A stretch of 64,000 nucleotides of DNA, taken from assembly GCF_963921235.1 (NCBI RefSeq), contig NC_086097.1:218552001-218616000 (forward strand), in the 5' to 3' direction. Position 1 is the first letter of the stretch. The number at the start of each line of letters is the position of its first letter. Position numbers and translations under genes: made by a program. Under the pieces are notes generated by a model. That model was given only the letters and a program-made list of their open reading frames with translations. It made no database searches and was not told the origin of the DNA. Source of the stretch: Mobula hypostoma (taxonomy: Eukaryota). This document shows, one piece after another, positions 13,369 through 26,481 of the stretch.

Positions 13369-14317
13369 AACCATGGGATTAAGATTAACAGCTGAGAGAT
13401 AATGTTATGCTTTATAGAACCTTGGTCTGACTCGACTTGGAATACCCTGCACAGTTCTGGTCACCTCACTACAGGAAGGATATGGAAACTGTAGAAATGG
13501 TGCAGAGGATATTTACAACGATGTTGCCTAGATTGGGAAGCATGCCTTCTGAGAACAGGTTGAGTGAACTCGGCCTTTTCTCCTTGGAGCGATGGATCAT
13601 GAGAGGTGACCTGATAGAGGTGTATAAGATGATGAGAGGCATTGATCGTGTGGATAGTCAGAGGCTTTTTCCTGGGGCTGAAATGGCTATCATGAGAGTG
13701 CACAGTTTTAAGATGCTTGGAAGTAGGTACAGAGGAGATATCAGGGGTAAGTTTTTATGCAGAGAGTGGTGAGTACGTAGAATGGGCTGCCGGCAACAGT
13801 GATGGTGGTGAATACAATAGGATCTTTTAAGAGACTCCTGGGTAGGTACATTGAGCTTAGAAAAATAGAGGGCTATGGGTAACTCTAGGTAATTTCTAAA
13901 GCAAGTACATGTTCGGCACAGCATCGTGGGCTGAAGGGCCTGTATTGTGCTGTACATTTTCTGTGTTTCTATGCCAAGCCATGCAAATAGAAAGAAGCTG
14001 CTGTACCCGAGGCTTGATCCCTCTGAGCATTGCTGACCATTGTAGATATCCAACAAGGTGGCCTTGCCAGGAATGAAAGAATTTTGGGTACATCAGCATG
14101 ATATTTTTCTTATCATTGGTAACTAAGTGTATATTTAAGAAGCAGAAGTTATGTGTTATTAATCAGAGGCCTTACAGTGACGGCCTGCGCTGATAATGAA
14201 CCAGTAAAACCATCTTTTCCTCAATGAAACGTGAAAAAGTGTCATAATTTCTTTTCTAGTGGAGACCCTGAGCAATTTCTCTGCTGTACTGTGAACTGAG
14301 TTGAGAAACAGGTCTAT

Positions 14318-14482
14318 GACTCAGCAAGTCAGGCAGCATCTACAGAGGGAAATAAACAGTCAACATTTTGGACCAAGACCCTTCATCAGAACCTTCTATG
14401 ATGCCACCAGGGTTGCTGAGCTCCTACAACATCTTGAGTGCGTTGCTCTGGGTTTTCAGCATCTGCAGAATCCCTTGCGTTT
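14318..14482. mobile_element. Degenerate palindromic Penelope-tail derivative
   Basis: cagcaagtcaggcagcatc...gacccttcatcag...cagcatctgcagaatc; same family as 10287-10526. Confidence 0.6.
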
Positions 14483-15459
14483 AGTTCTACTGCTGCCAGC
14501 TGGAATGATTCAGAGTCTAGGGATTGAAGCACTTATTGAATGAATAACTCAGTAGACTCTGTGGAACTTTGAATGCATTTGAGCCGTGTCTAATAATTTC
14601 TGTGGCTCTCCAGCCATGCTGGCAGTGCCCCTATAAATAACAAGGGCAGGATCATTGCTTGATCTGCTCTTACTTCCACTAAGACTAAACAGTCAGAATG
14701 TTGATATATGAGCTTTGATCTAGGGCAGTACAAGTGTTAATATGTTGTTTGGAGGGAATGCAGAATATGCTAACAGGAGTAATAATCAAAGGTGGCTGGA
14801 ACAAATTTGCCAAAGTGATCTATTTCAGGTAAAAGCTATTTAATGCTTAAAAATTGCATGTGTCAATCCGATTTTACAGTGTTGTTATGGCTACATTTAA
14901 ATTACATAAAATTTATATCTGACTGAAGCTCTTTGGACAGGAAGTTGAACACATTTTTGAAGTCTGAATAAACAGAACAGATTATTGAGAGCTAGTGCCA
15001 GAATCTTAGATGAAGTCCTCTGTCATGGAATGGATAATACTTTTTTAAAAAAACATAGCCATTTGGTTTTGGGTGAATGAACCGAAATACAAAAGGAAAG
15101 AGCACGAGGGTTTTCTTCCAGAAGGAAATACTCAGCTTGTTGCTTGGTTTTATGAGGAAATAGGATGGTTATTTTTGGACTTTAACAAGATCAAAGTTTA
15201 GTTGTAGTTCCTGTGTGGGGCAAAATAAAAGGGGAAGGTAGTTGGCAGGATCAGTAGAATCAAAAAGCAGATGTTGGAAATCTGAAATAAATAATAGAGA
15301 ATGATGGAAATACTCAGCAGGTTACGCAGCATCTTTGTCAGAGAAACAGAGTTAAAGGGTGGCATTTTTGGCTGGACAAACCAGAGCTCCCCCACGCTGA
15401 TCTGATGCCTTGAGTCAGAATAAGTCCCGACTCCATGTGGAGCCGGTTTCGGGGGCCTC

Positions 15460-15795
15460 CCTACAGTAGTATCATCTGCAAACTTGTAGTTGGAGTTAAA
15501 ACAGAACCTGGCCACATGGTCATGAGTGTACAGAGAGTAGAGCAGGGAGCTGAGGACACAACCTTCTGGAGCACCAGTGTTTAGAATAATGGTGGCAGAG
15601 ACATTGCTGTCTATCCTTACTGTTAGTCAGAAAGTCAAAGATTCAGTTGTAGAGGGAGGCATTAACTTCCAGGAGATTGGTAATGAGTTTGTTTGGAATA
15701 ATGATATTGAAGGTGGAACTATAGTCAATAAACAATCATCTGACGTAGGCGTCTTTACGGTCCATATCCTCCAGGGATGAGTGTAGGGCCAGTGT
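15460..15795 (-). mobile_element. Rex1/Babar-type RT fragment
   Basis: Minus-strand ILNTGAPEGCVLSSLLYSLYTHD...YKFADDTTV. Confidence 0.75.
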
Positions 15796-17649
15796 AAAGG
15801 GAGGAAAAGGGAGAAGTTTTAGCACTGGACTCAAGGTCAAAGTAGATTTTTTTTGTGATATGTGCAAGTACATGGATGCACAGGTGCAATGAAAAATGTA
15901 CTTGTGGCAGTATTCACAAGAAAAAATATAAACTTAATTATTCACAAATTCACAAGAAATAAAAAAGTGGAGAGGCTGAGTTTATGTGGGTATCTAGAAA
16001 AATCCTCCATACATCACTGTGGGATAAATTTCCGCAGTAAGAAAACACCAGATGCTGTTCAATGTGCTGCACCCTCGAGACTCATCCTCCGTAAATGGCA
16101 ATCATTTTGGTTTTGCATGTTCAACTAAACTCTCATTTAACATATTTAACACTCACTTCTCACAGCATCCACCTACTGCCAGCTATTCGTCTGTAGCAGA
16201 CACATTGCAAGATGACATTACAACGCACTGCAAGGTTTCTTCCCTCTGGCAGGAAAAAGCTGGCGCAGGAGAGTGACTCTGTCATTTGTGCCAGGTCTGG
16301 CAATGTCTGACTTCAGAGCCACCTCTGCTGTCTGAACCAGCATTCACAGTCATCAGGGACTAAGTCGATCTTGGGCAATAAGTGCTGGTCTTGTTAGTGA
16401 CGTACATTCGGATACTGACAAAATGTAACTTAGGGAAAGAACCTGCGTGGGTTAAGTCACGTATCGGGGTGTCTTATCACCAAAGAATGGGCAGTTGATA
16501 ACACTGCTCTTTAGGGATGAGATTGCATGTGCGCTGTGCCACCATAGACTCAGATGAGGAGTTTAGTTGGGTTGATATGAATGCATATTCAAAAGCTTGG
16601 TGAATTGATAATCCTGCCAGAAAGACTGAAAATATGAGGAAGCATCGCTGGAGTCTGGTATCAATCCCACCCCACCCCCCAGGACTTGGAACCCATCATT
16701 ACCGATATGTTGGTGGCCGACAACCGCCTTTGCAGATTTGAGAGCTGGTGTGTGTTATGTCCACAGTCTCACCTAGTAATGTACAGAACTGAAAACCCGT
16801 GCCATTAGTAGAGAGCCCTTGTTGCAGAGTTTTTCATTTGTAATGGTGGTTCAAATACAGAAGTGGCAGCCCACTGTAGAGTGAAAACATTATGATTACT
16901 GTCTATTAATCATCTCAGTTTGTCAGACCTGTTGCCAGGTACACAGCAGAGAGGTGAGTTAGAATGAATGAAACGTGACAGCCACGAAGAAACATGATTG
17001 ATGTTTTGTGACATGGGAAAGGCTGTAGTCCTCTTTATGCCACATGCTCGCTCCACGCATTTTGCCAAGGAAGCATGAAGTATGCCAGGTTCTCTTGGAA
17101 TAGAGACTACAGTGATCAGAAAAAAGAAATGCTTGATGTTGCAAGTTTCCTCAGCTACAGCTATGAAAGAGCATGATACAGTACATGGAATATATAGTGA
17201 CTGAGTCTATGGGCATGATTGGAAAAGCTGTCCACTCTGCCCTGAGACAAGATTAGTGACTAGAGCAGATGGAATATTTTAACTACTGAGTCATCAGCTG
17301 AAGTACAAATGACACACATGATATTCCCAGGTGGAGAAATTTCTCCATGAAGACGCTGATGGAAAAGATGCTGCTGAGAGCCCTCCTCTCCTCCTCCTTC
17401 TCCCTCTACCCTTTGTGGCCCTTTGCCTGCCATCTGCTTTTTAATCAGTCGTGCCCTTCCAAATGGACACGAACACATCCTCAACACTCATCAGATGACG
17501 CAGCTTTGTGGACAGAGAAATAATTAAAGCATCTGTGTCTGAAAGCATCTGATAAACATAAACTTGCAGGTTTAAATAAACTTAAAGCATCAAACAGAAC
17601 TAATAACAAAAGCCTTCTGAATTTAATTAGCAACTAATGTGCAAGTTTT

Positions 17650-18327
17650 AAGAACATAAGAAATAGAAGCAGGGGAAGGCAATCTGGCCAGTCGAGCCTG
17701 TTCCGCCATTCAATAAGATCATGGCTGATCTGTCCATGGACTCATCTCCACCTACCTGCCTTTTCCACATAACCCTTAATTACTCTGCTATGCAAAAATC
17801 TATCCAGCCTTGTCTTAACTATAGTTACTGAGGTAGCCTCCACTGCTTCATTGAGCAGAGAATTCCACGGATACATCACTCTCTGGGAAAAGCATCCTAA
17901 ATCTACTCCCCTGAATCTTGAGGCTATGCCTTCTAGTTCTAGTCTCACCTACCAGTGGAAACAACTTTCCTGCCTTTATCTTATCTATCCATTTCATAAT
18001 TTTATATGTTTCTATAAGATCTCCTCACAATCTTCTGAATTCCAGCAAGTACAGTCCCAGGTGACTCAATCTCTTCTCACAGTCTAAACCCCTCATCTCT
18101 GGAATCAACCTGGTGAATCTCCTCTGCACTGCCTCCAAAGCCAGTATATCCTTCCTCAAGTAAGGAGACCAGAAATGCATGTAATACTCCAGGTGCAGCC
18201 TTACCAGTACCCTGTACAGTTGCAGCATAATCTCCCTGCTCTTAAATTCAGTTGCTTTAGCAATGAAGGCCAACATTCCATTTGCTTTCTTGATGGCCTG
18301 CTGCATCTGCAAACCAACCTTTTTCAT
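17650..18327 (-). mobile_element. CR1 LINE 3' fragment
   Basis: KKANGMLAFI, LEAVQRRFTRLIP; tail ctatttcttatgttct. Confidence 0.9.
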
Positions 18328-19509
18328 GTTTTATTTCAATAGCTTTGCTCTGTATATTGGGGAATTATTGGTTTCTCCTGCTGCTGAACGTAAGGTTGTC
18401 AGCTAGAGCTCTGAACTAAACATTGTTGTCGATTCAGAGTCAGATTCATTTATTTATCACACATATATTAAAACATGCAGTGAAATGCATCATTTACATG
18501 AACAACCAACACACTGAATGCCGTAGTGTGGGCAGCCCACAAGTGTTGCCACACATTCCAGCACCAACATTGCATGTCTACAATGTTCAGCAGAACAACA
18601 CAAGCAACAACAACAACATAACAAGTCCCATCCCCTCACGCACACATCGACAAGCTTCCATCCTCAGGACAAGTCACCTCTGAGCCTCCAGTCCTTAGCC
18701 CCGGACTCTTAGACTTGTAGACAGTGGGCCTCCAATCTCCAGTACTGGACATGCAAACTCACCCTTTGGGCTGTTAATGAAAGCACTCCACGGTCAAAGA
18801 TCAGTGATCCTGGAAGTGGTGTTGGCAGGTGCTGAGGAGACCAACGATTCCCAGGTTGTCAAGTCCTGGATTGGAGGACACACACGTGGGATTCAAAAGA
18901 GCCAGTGGCACCCCCCTCCCCTGCCTACCCCCAGGTCACTGAGTTCAGAGGACCATGCTGAGGGTGATGGGTGATATGTCTACAATGCATTTGTGTTGTA
19001 CTATCTAATATTTTACAAATATGAATCTTGGTGGGAACTCATACTTCAAAGAACTATCATGTGCACTTTGTCATTCCAGTTTTCAGATATTATAAACTAG
19101 GAAAGAGGAGACCATGCTGGAAATTTCAGTTTATAACCATTCATTTCTTTGGAGAAGATCTAAGTGCCTTCTGGCTAAGGTCCAACTCAACCTTCTTGTG
19201 TGTGCGTTATCCTCTTAAACTCGTCTTGTCTGAAGTAGGGTTCGTCTGCTCTGTCTCCATACACACTCTTATTGTAATAAATACTGTTTGGTTTGTTTTC
19301 CCTCAGATGTGGTCTCTAAAAGTGGTATGACATAAAAACTAATTTTCTCAGCATGTCCGGCCTGTTCTCAGATAAGCGACAGAAAGGTATCCTAGAATGA
19401 AACAGAGAAATGAAAGTCAGCATTGAGAAAGATAATTGAGCACCAAAGCCAGACAACATCACCATAATGAGAAGAGATTGCGGAATTCAAAATAAAATGG
19501 TTAAAGAGA

Positions 19510-19735
19510 AAAAACAAAATGTTGGAGATAATCAGATCTCTTGGAGCATCTGTGGAGAGAGAAATGGAATTAACATATCAGTTTGTTGACCTTTCATCAG
19601 GACGGCACAACCTAGTACTGAAGAAAAGTTACAGCATGAGGTGTGAAATCTGTTTCTCTACTCACAGATGCTGCCCTACTAGCTGAGTACACCAATATAT
19701 GTTTTTGCTTTTATTTCCAGCAAGTGCAGTTTTCA
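19510..19735. mobile_element. Old palindromic Penelope-tail-like repeat
   Basis: gcatctgtggagagagaaa ... gacctttcatcagga ... tttctctactcacagatgctg inverted arms. Confidence 0.5.
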
Positions 19736-20054
19736 CATTTTGAATAACAAATAAATAACATTTTCAACGTTGAAATACTATTCATTCCCGGTTCCTATAG
19801 TCTGTAACAGGGAAATACATTGTTCAGTTGCTCCAGTGTGTGCATTGTTCGAGCAAGTGGGTCAGGATGGGCTTCTGCCCTTTAAAAATGCCAAAAGCCT
19901 TTGACAGTTCGTATGAGATATATTTACAATGTAATGTCCTTGGTATTCTAATAACTGTAAATGAAATAATTATGATTTGGAGAAATTTTATGAGAGAATG
20001 TAAATTTTCAATCTCTTCGGCAGCCATTGGTTAAAAGGTATGACTTTTGATAGC

Positions 20055-20270
20055 TCAGAATCAGATTCAGGTTTATTATCACTGATGTATGTCATGGAAT
20101 TTGTTGTTTTGTGGCGGCAATACAGTACAAGATGTATTAAAACTACAATTAGTTACAATAAAAGATTAAATAAATAATGTAAAATAGGAATAGTGAGGTT
20201 GTGTTCATGAGGTCATGCACCATTCAGAAATCTGATGGTGGAGGGGAAGAAGCTGTTCCTAAAATGTTGA
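20055..20270 (-). mobile_element. Rex1/Babar-type 3' end
   Basis: Minus strand reads RNSFFPSTIRFLN followed by a UTR ending aataaacctgaatctgattctga. Confidence 0.65.
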
Positions 20271-20323
20271 TCTAAATTAAATTAAAGAGTCAGAGTTGAT
20301 TTCTGACTGCGATAAAGAAAATA

Positions 20324-20785
20324 CAGTTCTCTGCAAAAGTCTTGGGCACAGGTATGTAGTTAGGGTGTCTAAGACACAGTACTGTATTTGTCAATGTGGA
20401 GCGGAGAGCGAGATTGTAAATCTGGTGGGAGCAAAGGATGTTGGGAATGGTGACGATTCGGGACAGATGGCAGAGAAGGGAGTGCCACGGGTAGCTGCAC
20501 ACATCCCAGCCCTGAAACACCAGATAAGTTCATTTGATTCCAAATTATTGGTTTATAGATCATTGCAGTGTGCATTTCTGATACTTCCTACTCCCTCTCC
20601 TCTCCCTTCCCCATTTCCCAGCCATGAATCCCTGCTCCTTGTCCCCTTCCCACTCTTACAATGAGGTTTATAATCACTCACATATGTCATGAAATTTGTG
20701 CAATACATAAAATTGCTATAGTACTGGGCAAAGATTTTAGGCTCTATAGTTATATATACGTGCCTAAAACTTTTCTGCAGTACTG
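20324..20785. mobile_element. Tc1/mariner-type non-autonomous element
   Basis: TA|CAGTTCTCTGCAAAAGTCTTGGGCAC ... GTGCCTAAAACTTTTCTGCAGTACTG|TA: imperfect TIRs with TA TSD. Confidence 0.7.
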
Positions 20786-21105
20786 TAGAATTGCAAATTA
20801 AATGTGCACTCTAAATTTTAATTTTATGCCTTTTACATGTGTTTGAACTGGCATGGTATGTTGTTAATTGGTGATTTTGGAAATGACCAGTGAGGTTCTC
20901 TGAAACTATAACAAAACAGTACAAATGTTATTCTTAGATTTCCATGGCTTTTCAACTATCTTGGCAAAGTGACAAGAGAAATTCTGCACACATAATTTAG
21001 TAAATAATGGAGTTTATTTGAAAATTTAAGCACTGTTGAATACATTTATTATTTGACATAATGAACTGTAAAGAATCAATATTATTTTATTCTGTGCTTT
21101 TTTAG

Positions 21106-21240
<135 letters not shown>

Positions 21241-22660
21241 TAGGTGTTTTATTTCACTGTTTATGATCAGGAAATGCTTTGAAGTGAACATTGCTCCATA
21301 TGTGTATGTAACTTAAGAGTGGCTGTTTTTTGTAAGATTTGCTAATCCGTATATAAGTTACCAGAGGCAATGTTTCTCAGTTGTTGAGTTACCCGGCCAA
21401 TGTTTGTTTGAAGTTAAATTTAAAGAGAAGGAAATGGTCACATGTGAAGATGCTGGTGGGAGGGTTGGAACAGCAGATTTCCTTAATTTGCACAGATACA
21501 TTAGTTATATATTTAATGTATGATATTATTCATCTTGTACCATGGGTTGAAACTATTTATTTCATATCTAATGTATTCGGAATATAAAAATATAAGGCTG
21601 TTCTTATCATCTCACATAAGAGTTTAAATATACTAAACATGTATATAACTAAACAAGAGTTTAAACATATACATGGGCCTTCAGTAAGTTAATTTCAAAA
21701 GCTTTACTGCCAGAGCATTACAATGCTGAATTTATTATTCCCAAATGCTCCAGTCATTTTTATCTTAATTTCAAATGGTCCTCTCCAGATTACGAAATCT
21801 CAACTCATGTACAGCCTAAGCATTTGAATGTGAGTTTAGGAGACTGGTGGGGTGGATCTACAGGGCGGAATGCATCGTTTTACTCGATTATTTGGTCTGT
21901 GGCCATATTTCTAACTTGGGAACTGTCTGAGTTATGAACTGCTCACAGCAGTGTAACCCTGCCTAACCTGGGGAGGACCTGCCAATAAATATTACAATTA
22001 CAACGAATAATTCCAGGGAAATTACCTGTCGGTTCCCCATTGTGGTTTTTGTGCTTTTCTTTTACTTTGCTCTTCGTCACCATTCACAATGGGCAGCCGG
22101 TCTCTGTCAGAAAGTCGTGACTTTGTGTCCTGCTTCTAACACCAATGCACAAAGTGTCACATTACTCTGGGAGAGCAGCAGAGTGAGAATTGATAAAGAT
22201 GGCCATGTCTACCTTCTTAGGTGGTTTGAAAAGATTCTTCAATATGACTGAAGAACTGTGAGGAACTTTTCGCTGTTGACTTGGCAAATATTTATTTTTC
22301 AACTGCTGCCTAAAAGCAGATTACCTGGATATTGTAATATTGTTCTGGGACTTTGCCAGCATAACTTGGTTGCTGTTTTCCCTACTTTATGAGGGAGTAC
22401 ATTTTTGAAAGATTTTAAAAAAATTCAATACTTGTTGTTTCTAATGCCTCGAGGATTCGAAAAGTGCTAAATAAATGCAAATTGTTTTTAAGTGTTACAC
22501 ATGCAGTTATAGTTGCAACTTTATAGTTCCAATATTCCCCTATTAAATATAATCACAATAGAGCAAGTAACAGTAGAATGTACTTGCTTTAAACAGCTGG
22601 GTTGAAACTGACTTGTATGCACTTTGGGGCAAGCCTATTTGGTCAAGAAGCCTTGATGTA

Positions 22661-23181
22661 CACTCAGTTGGTACTTTATTGGGTAGAGGATTGGAACCCG
22701 GTGTGGCCTTCTGCTGCTGTAGCCCATTCACTTCAAGGTTGGACGTGTTCTCCATTCAGAGACGTTCTTCTACACACCGCTGTTGTAACTTGTGATTATT
22801 TGATTTACTGTCACTTTCCTGTCAGCTTGAACCAGTTTGGTCATTCTCCTCTGACCTCTCTCATTCACAATGCATTTTTGCCCACAGAACTGCCACTCAT
22901 TTGATTTTTTTTAGTTCTGTTTTCTGTAAATTCTAGAGACTGTTGTGTGTGAAAATCCCAGGAGGTCCGTGGTTTCTGAGAAACTCATACCTCTCTGCCT
23001 GGCATCAACAATCATTCTATGGTCAAAGTCACTTAAATCACATTTCTTCCACATTTTGATGTTTGGTCTGAACAATGACTGAATCTCTTGACTGTGCTTC
23101 CATGTTTTTATGCATTGAGTTGCTGCCACATGATTAGCTGATTAGATATTTGCATTAAGGAGCACGTGTGGCCACTGACTG
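22661..23181 (-). mobile_element. Tc1-like deletion derivative
   Basis: TA|CACTCAGTTGGTACTTTATT ... TGGCCACTGACTG|TA. Minus strand encodes a Tc1 HTH remnant, KCDLSDFDHRMIVDARQRGMSFSETTDLLGFSHTTVSRIYR. Confidence 0.8.
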
Positions 23182-23706
23182 TATTTTAATGCAATGCTTG
23201 GATTAAAACTGAACTTGACAGATGTTTAGCAAAAATTTCAATGTTTCACATGTGCTTCATACCCTCTAGTGTCGCAATCTGCAGTTAAGTTAAAATGTAG
23301 ACCAATATTTCCATTCACATATAAACAGCCACTGAGGACAGAATAATCAAACTGTATTTTGAATTTAATAAACTTTCTATAATTTCATCCATCTGCTGGT
23401 GCTTTTCAATATTCTTTGCAACAATGTTCAATCACCTCGAGTATCTCAACCTGCTCTGGTAATTTTAGAAGAACAGCTGGTCATTTCATAAGAGCAGCTG
23501 GTAATTTATTGCATGTGCCATATATTTGTTTGAAGTCTAGAAGATCCAAGTTGGGTTGGCTTAATTTGATAATTCCTCTTCACTGATTATTTTGAGTTTT
23601 AAAAACTTCTCATTAAGCAAAAACTATTCAGAAATAGGAGTCAGAGTGAAAAGGATTTTTTTTTGGTATTTATTGCTGGCAATAGTAAGATTTATTAATC
23701 ATCTCT

Positions 23707-26481
23707 GAAACATTAGAAAACCTACAGCACAATACAGGCCCTTCAGCCCACAAAGTTGTGCCAAACATGTCCCTACCTTAGAAATTACTAGGGTTACACA
23801 TAGCCCTCTATTTTTCTAAGCTCCATGTACCTATCCAAAAGTGTCTTAAAAGACCCCATCGTATCCGCCTCCACCATCATGGCCGGCAGCCCATTCCACG
23901 CACTCACCACCCACTGCGTTAAAAAAAACTTACCCCTGACATCTCCTCTGTACCTACTCCAAAGCACCTTAAACCTGTGCCCTCTTGTGGCAACCATTTC
24001 AGTCCTGGGAAAAAGCCTCTGACTATCCACATAATCAATGCCTCTCATCATCTTATACACCTCCATCAGGTCACCTCTCATCCTCCGTCACACCAAGGAG
24101 AAAAGGCCAAGTTCACTCAACCTGTTCTCATAAGGCATGCTCCCCAATCCAGGCAACATCCTTGTAAATCTCCTCTGCACTCTTTCTATGGTTTCCACAT
24201 CCTTCCTGTAGTGAGGTGACCAGAAGTGAGCACAATACTCCAAGTGGGGTCTGACCAGGGTCCTATATAGTGCAACATTACCTCTCTGCTCCTAAATTCA
24301 ATTCCACGATTGATGAAAGCCAATACACCATATGCCTTCTTAACCACAGAGTCAACCTGCGCAGCTGCTTTGTGCGTCCTATGGACTCGGACCCTAAGAT
24401 CCCTCTGATCCTCCACACTGCCAAGAGACTTACCGTTAATACTATATTCTGCCATCATTTTTGACCTACCAAAATGAACCACTTCACACTTATGTGGATT
24501 GAACTCCATCTGCCACTTCTCAGCCCAGTTTTGTGTCCTATCAATGTTCCGCTGTAAACTCTGACAGCCCTCCACACTATCCACAATAACCCCAACCTTT
24601 GTGTCATCAGCAAACTTACTAACCCATCCTTCCACTTCCTTATCCAGGTCATTTATAAAAACCATGAAGAGTAAGGGTCCCAGAACAGATCCCTGAGGCA
24701 CACTACCGGTCACCGACCTCCATGCAGAATATTACCTGTCTACAACCACTTTTGTGGGCAAGCCAGTTCTGGATCCACAAAGTAATCTCCCCTTGGATAC
24801 CATGCCTCCTTACTTTCTCAATAAGCCTTGCGTGGGGTATCTTATCAAATGCCTTGCTGAAATTCATATACACTATATCTACTGCTATTCCTTCATCAAT
24901 GTGTTTAGTCACATCCTCAAAAAATTCGATCAGGCTCGTAAGGCATGACCTGCCCTTGACAAAGCCATGTTGACTATTCCTAATGATATTATACCTCTCC
25001 AAATGTCCATAATTCCTGCCTCTCAGGATCTTCTTCATCACCTTACCAACCACTAAAGTAAGACTCACTGGTCTATAATTTCCTGAGCTATCTCTACTCC
25101 CTTTCTTGAATAAGGGAACAACATCTGCAACCCTCCAATCCTCTGGAACCTCTCCCATCGCCATTGATGATGCAAAGATCATCGCCCAAGGCTCAGCAAT
25201 CTCCTCCCTCGCCTCCCACAGTAGCCTGGGATACATCTCATCTGGTCCCGGCCACTTATCCAACTTGATGCTTTCCAAAAGCTCCAGCACATCCTCTTTC
25301 TTAATATCTACATGCTCAAGCTTTTCAGTCTGCTGAAAGTCATCACTACAATCACCAAGATCCTTTTCCATAGTGAATACTGAAGTAAAGTATTCATTAA
25401 GTACCTCTGCTATTTCCTCCGGTTCCATACACACTGTCCCACTGTTACACTTGATAGGTCCTATTCTTTCATGTCTTATCCTCTTGCTCTTCACATACTT
25501 GTAGAATGCCTTAGCGTTTTCCTTAATCCTGCCCGCCAAGGTCTTCTCATGGCCCCTTCTGGCTCTCCTGATTTCCTTTTTAAGTTCCTTCCTGTTAGCC
25601 TTATAATCTTCTAGATCTCTAACATTACCTAGCTCTCTAAACCTTTTGTAAGCTTTTCTTTTCTTCTTGACTAGATTTACTACAGCCAATTCTGGTCAGG
25701 TCACTGGTCTGAGTGCTACTGGTACCATGTAACCCAGTACTACCTGTTGCATGGTTGGGTGGTCGGCAACTAAACTGGCTCCCCCACCAGGCTTGCCTGG
25801 AGGAGAGGGTGGCTAGACACCTTGCAGGACAAAAAACAAGACCTGTCAAAGGGCGGATGAACCCTCTCATGGGGTCAACGGCCATCTAGCAAACATGTGC
25901 CGTGAAACGCGGAAAGAGCATCCCTTGCATTGAAGCTTGGTCTGGCCATTCACTGCAAAATAACTTCCCCCAGCTGTCTTGGACCCCACCATGCCACTGG
26001 ATCCGGGAGGGGATGTCGAGAGGGTGGGTCTGGACCTGTGCAACCCCCTACTCACCTAAAATCCACTCACACACACACTGTTCCTTTCTGAGGAGTGGGG
26101 TACCACCCCACTAACTGACTGAAAGGAACCATCATCATCCTATGGAATGGATAGCCAGAATACTGATTCCTGTACCCTACCATAACTTCCATGTCTCATT
26201 GGAACGTACCTATGCAGAACTCCACACAAGTATCCCCTGAACATTTGCCACATTTTTTCCATACATTTCTCTGAGAACATATGTTCCCAATTTAAGCTTC
26301 CATGTTCCTGCCTGATAGCCTTATAATTCCCCTTACTCCAATTAAACGCTTTTCTAACTTGTCTGTTCCTGTCTCTCTCCAATGCTATTGTAAAGATAGA
26401 ATTATGATCACTATCTCCAAAATGTTCTCTCACTGAGAGATCTGACAACTGACCAGGTTCATTTCCCCATACCAAATCCAA
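23707..26481 (-). mobile_element. CR1 LINE (same subfamily as 11241-13973), interrupted at ~25688-26165
   Basis: ORFs 24703-25689 and 24186-24713 carry RT motifs; FGDSDHNS at ~26400; 3' tail at 23707. Confidence 0.92.
25688..26165 (+). mobile_element. Unclassified non-coding retroposon inserted into a CR1, with 3' stem-loop and (CAT)n tail
   Basis: Interrupts CR1 continuity; GC-richer than its flanks; hairpin at 26080-26129 followed directly by catcatcat. Confidence 0.55.

Larger units (their letters stand above)
11241..13973 (+). mobile_element. CR1 LINE (5'-truncated) carrying two nested CR1 3' fragments
   Basis: RT ORF 12195-12905 ([21 protein letters not shown]); tail ttctgtgtttctatg. 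Interrupted at 11572-11849 and 13056-13368. Confidence 0.92.

Noticed and set aside
19166..19184. U2 snRNA-like GCCTTCTGGCTAAGGTCCA
   Set aside because: Only 16/19 identity to the recalled U2 5' end with no extension; too short to call.
1..21105. Preceding PREX2 exon (DH-domain end, expected to finish ...HIEGWE)
   Set aside because: Not found by eye. GCAATGAAAGCA at ~1414 resembles AMKA but the flanks do not match. The exon is probably upstream of the window.
23261..23273. Isolated CTCF-like CCCTCTAGTGTC
   Set aside because: A single imperfect motif is expected by chance in 64 kb.
26088..26125. Hammerhead in the 3' hairpin (CTGAGGA plus stem)
   Set aside because: The required GAAA after helix II is TAAC and there is no valid NUH site.
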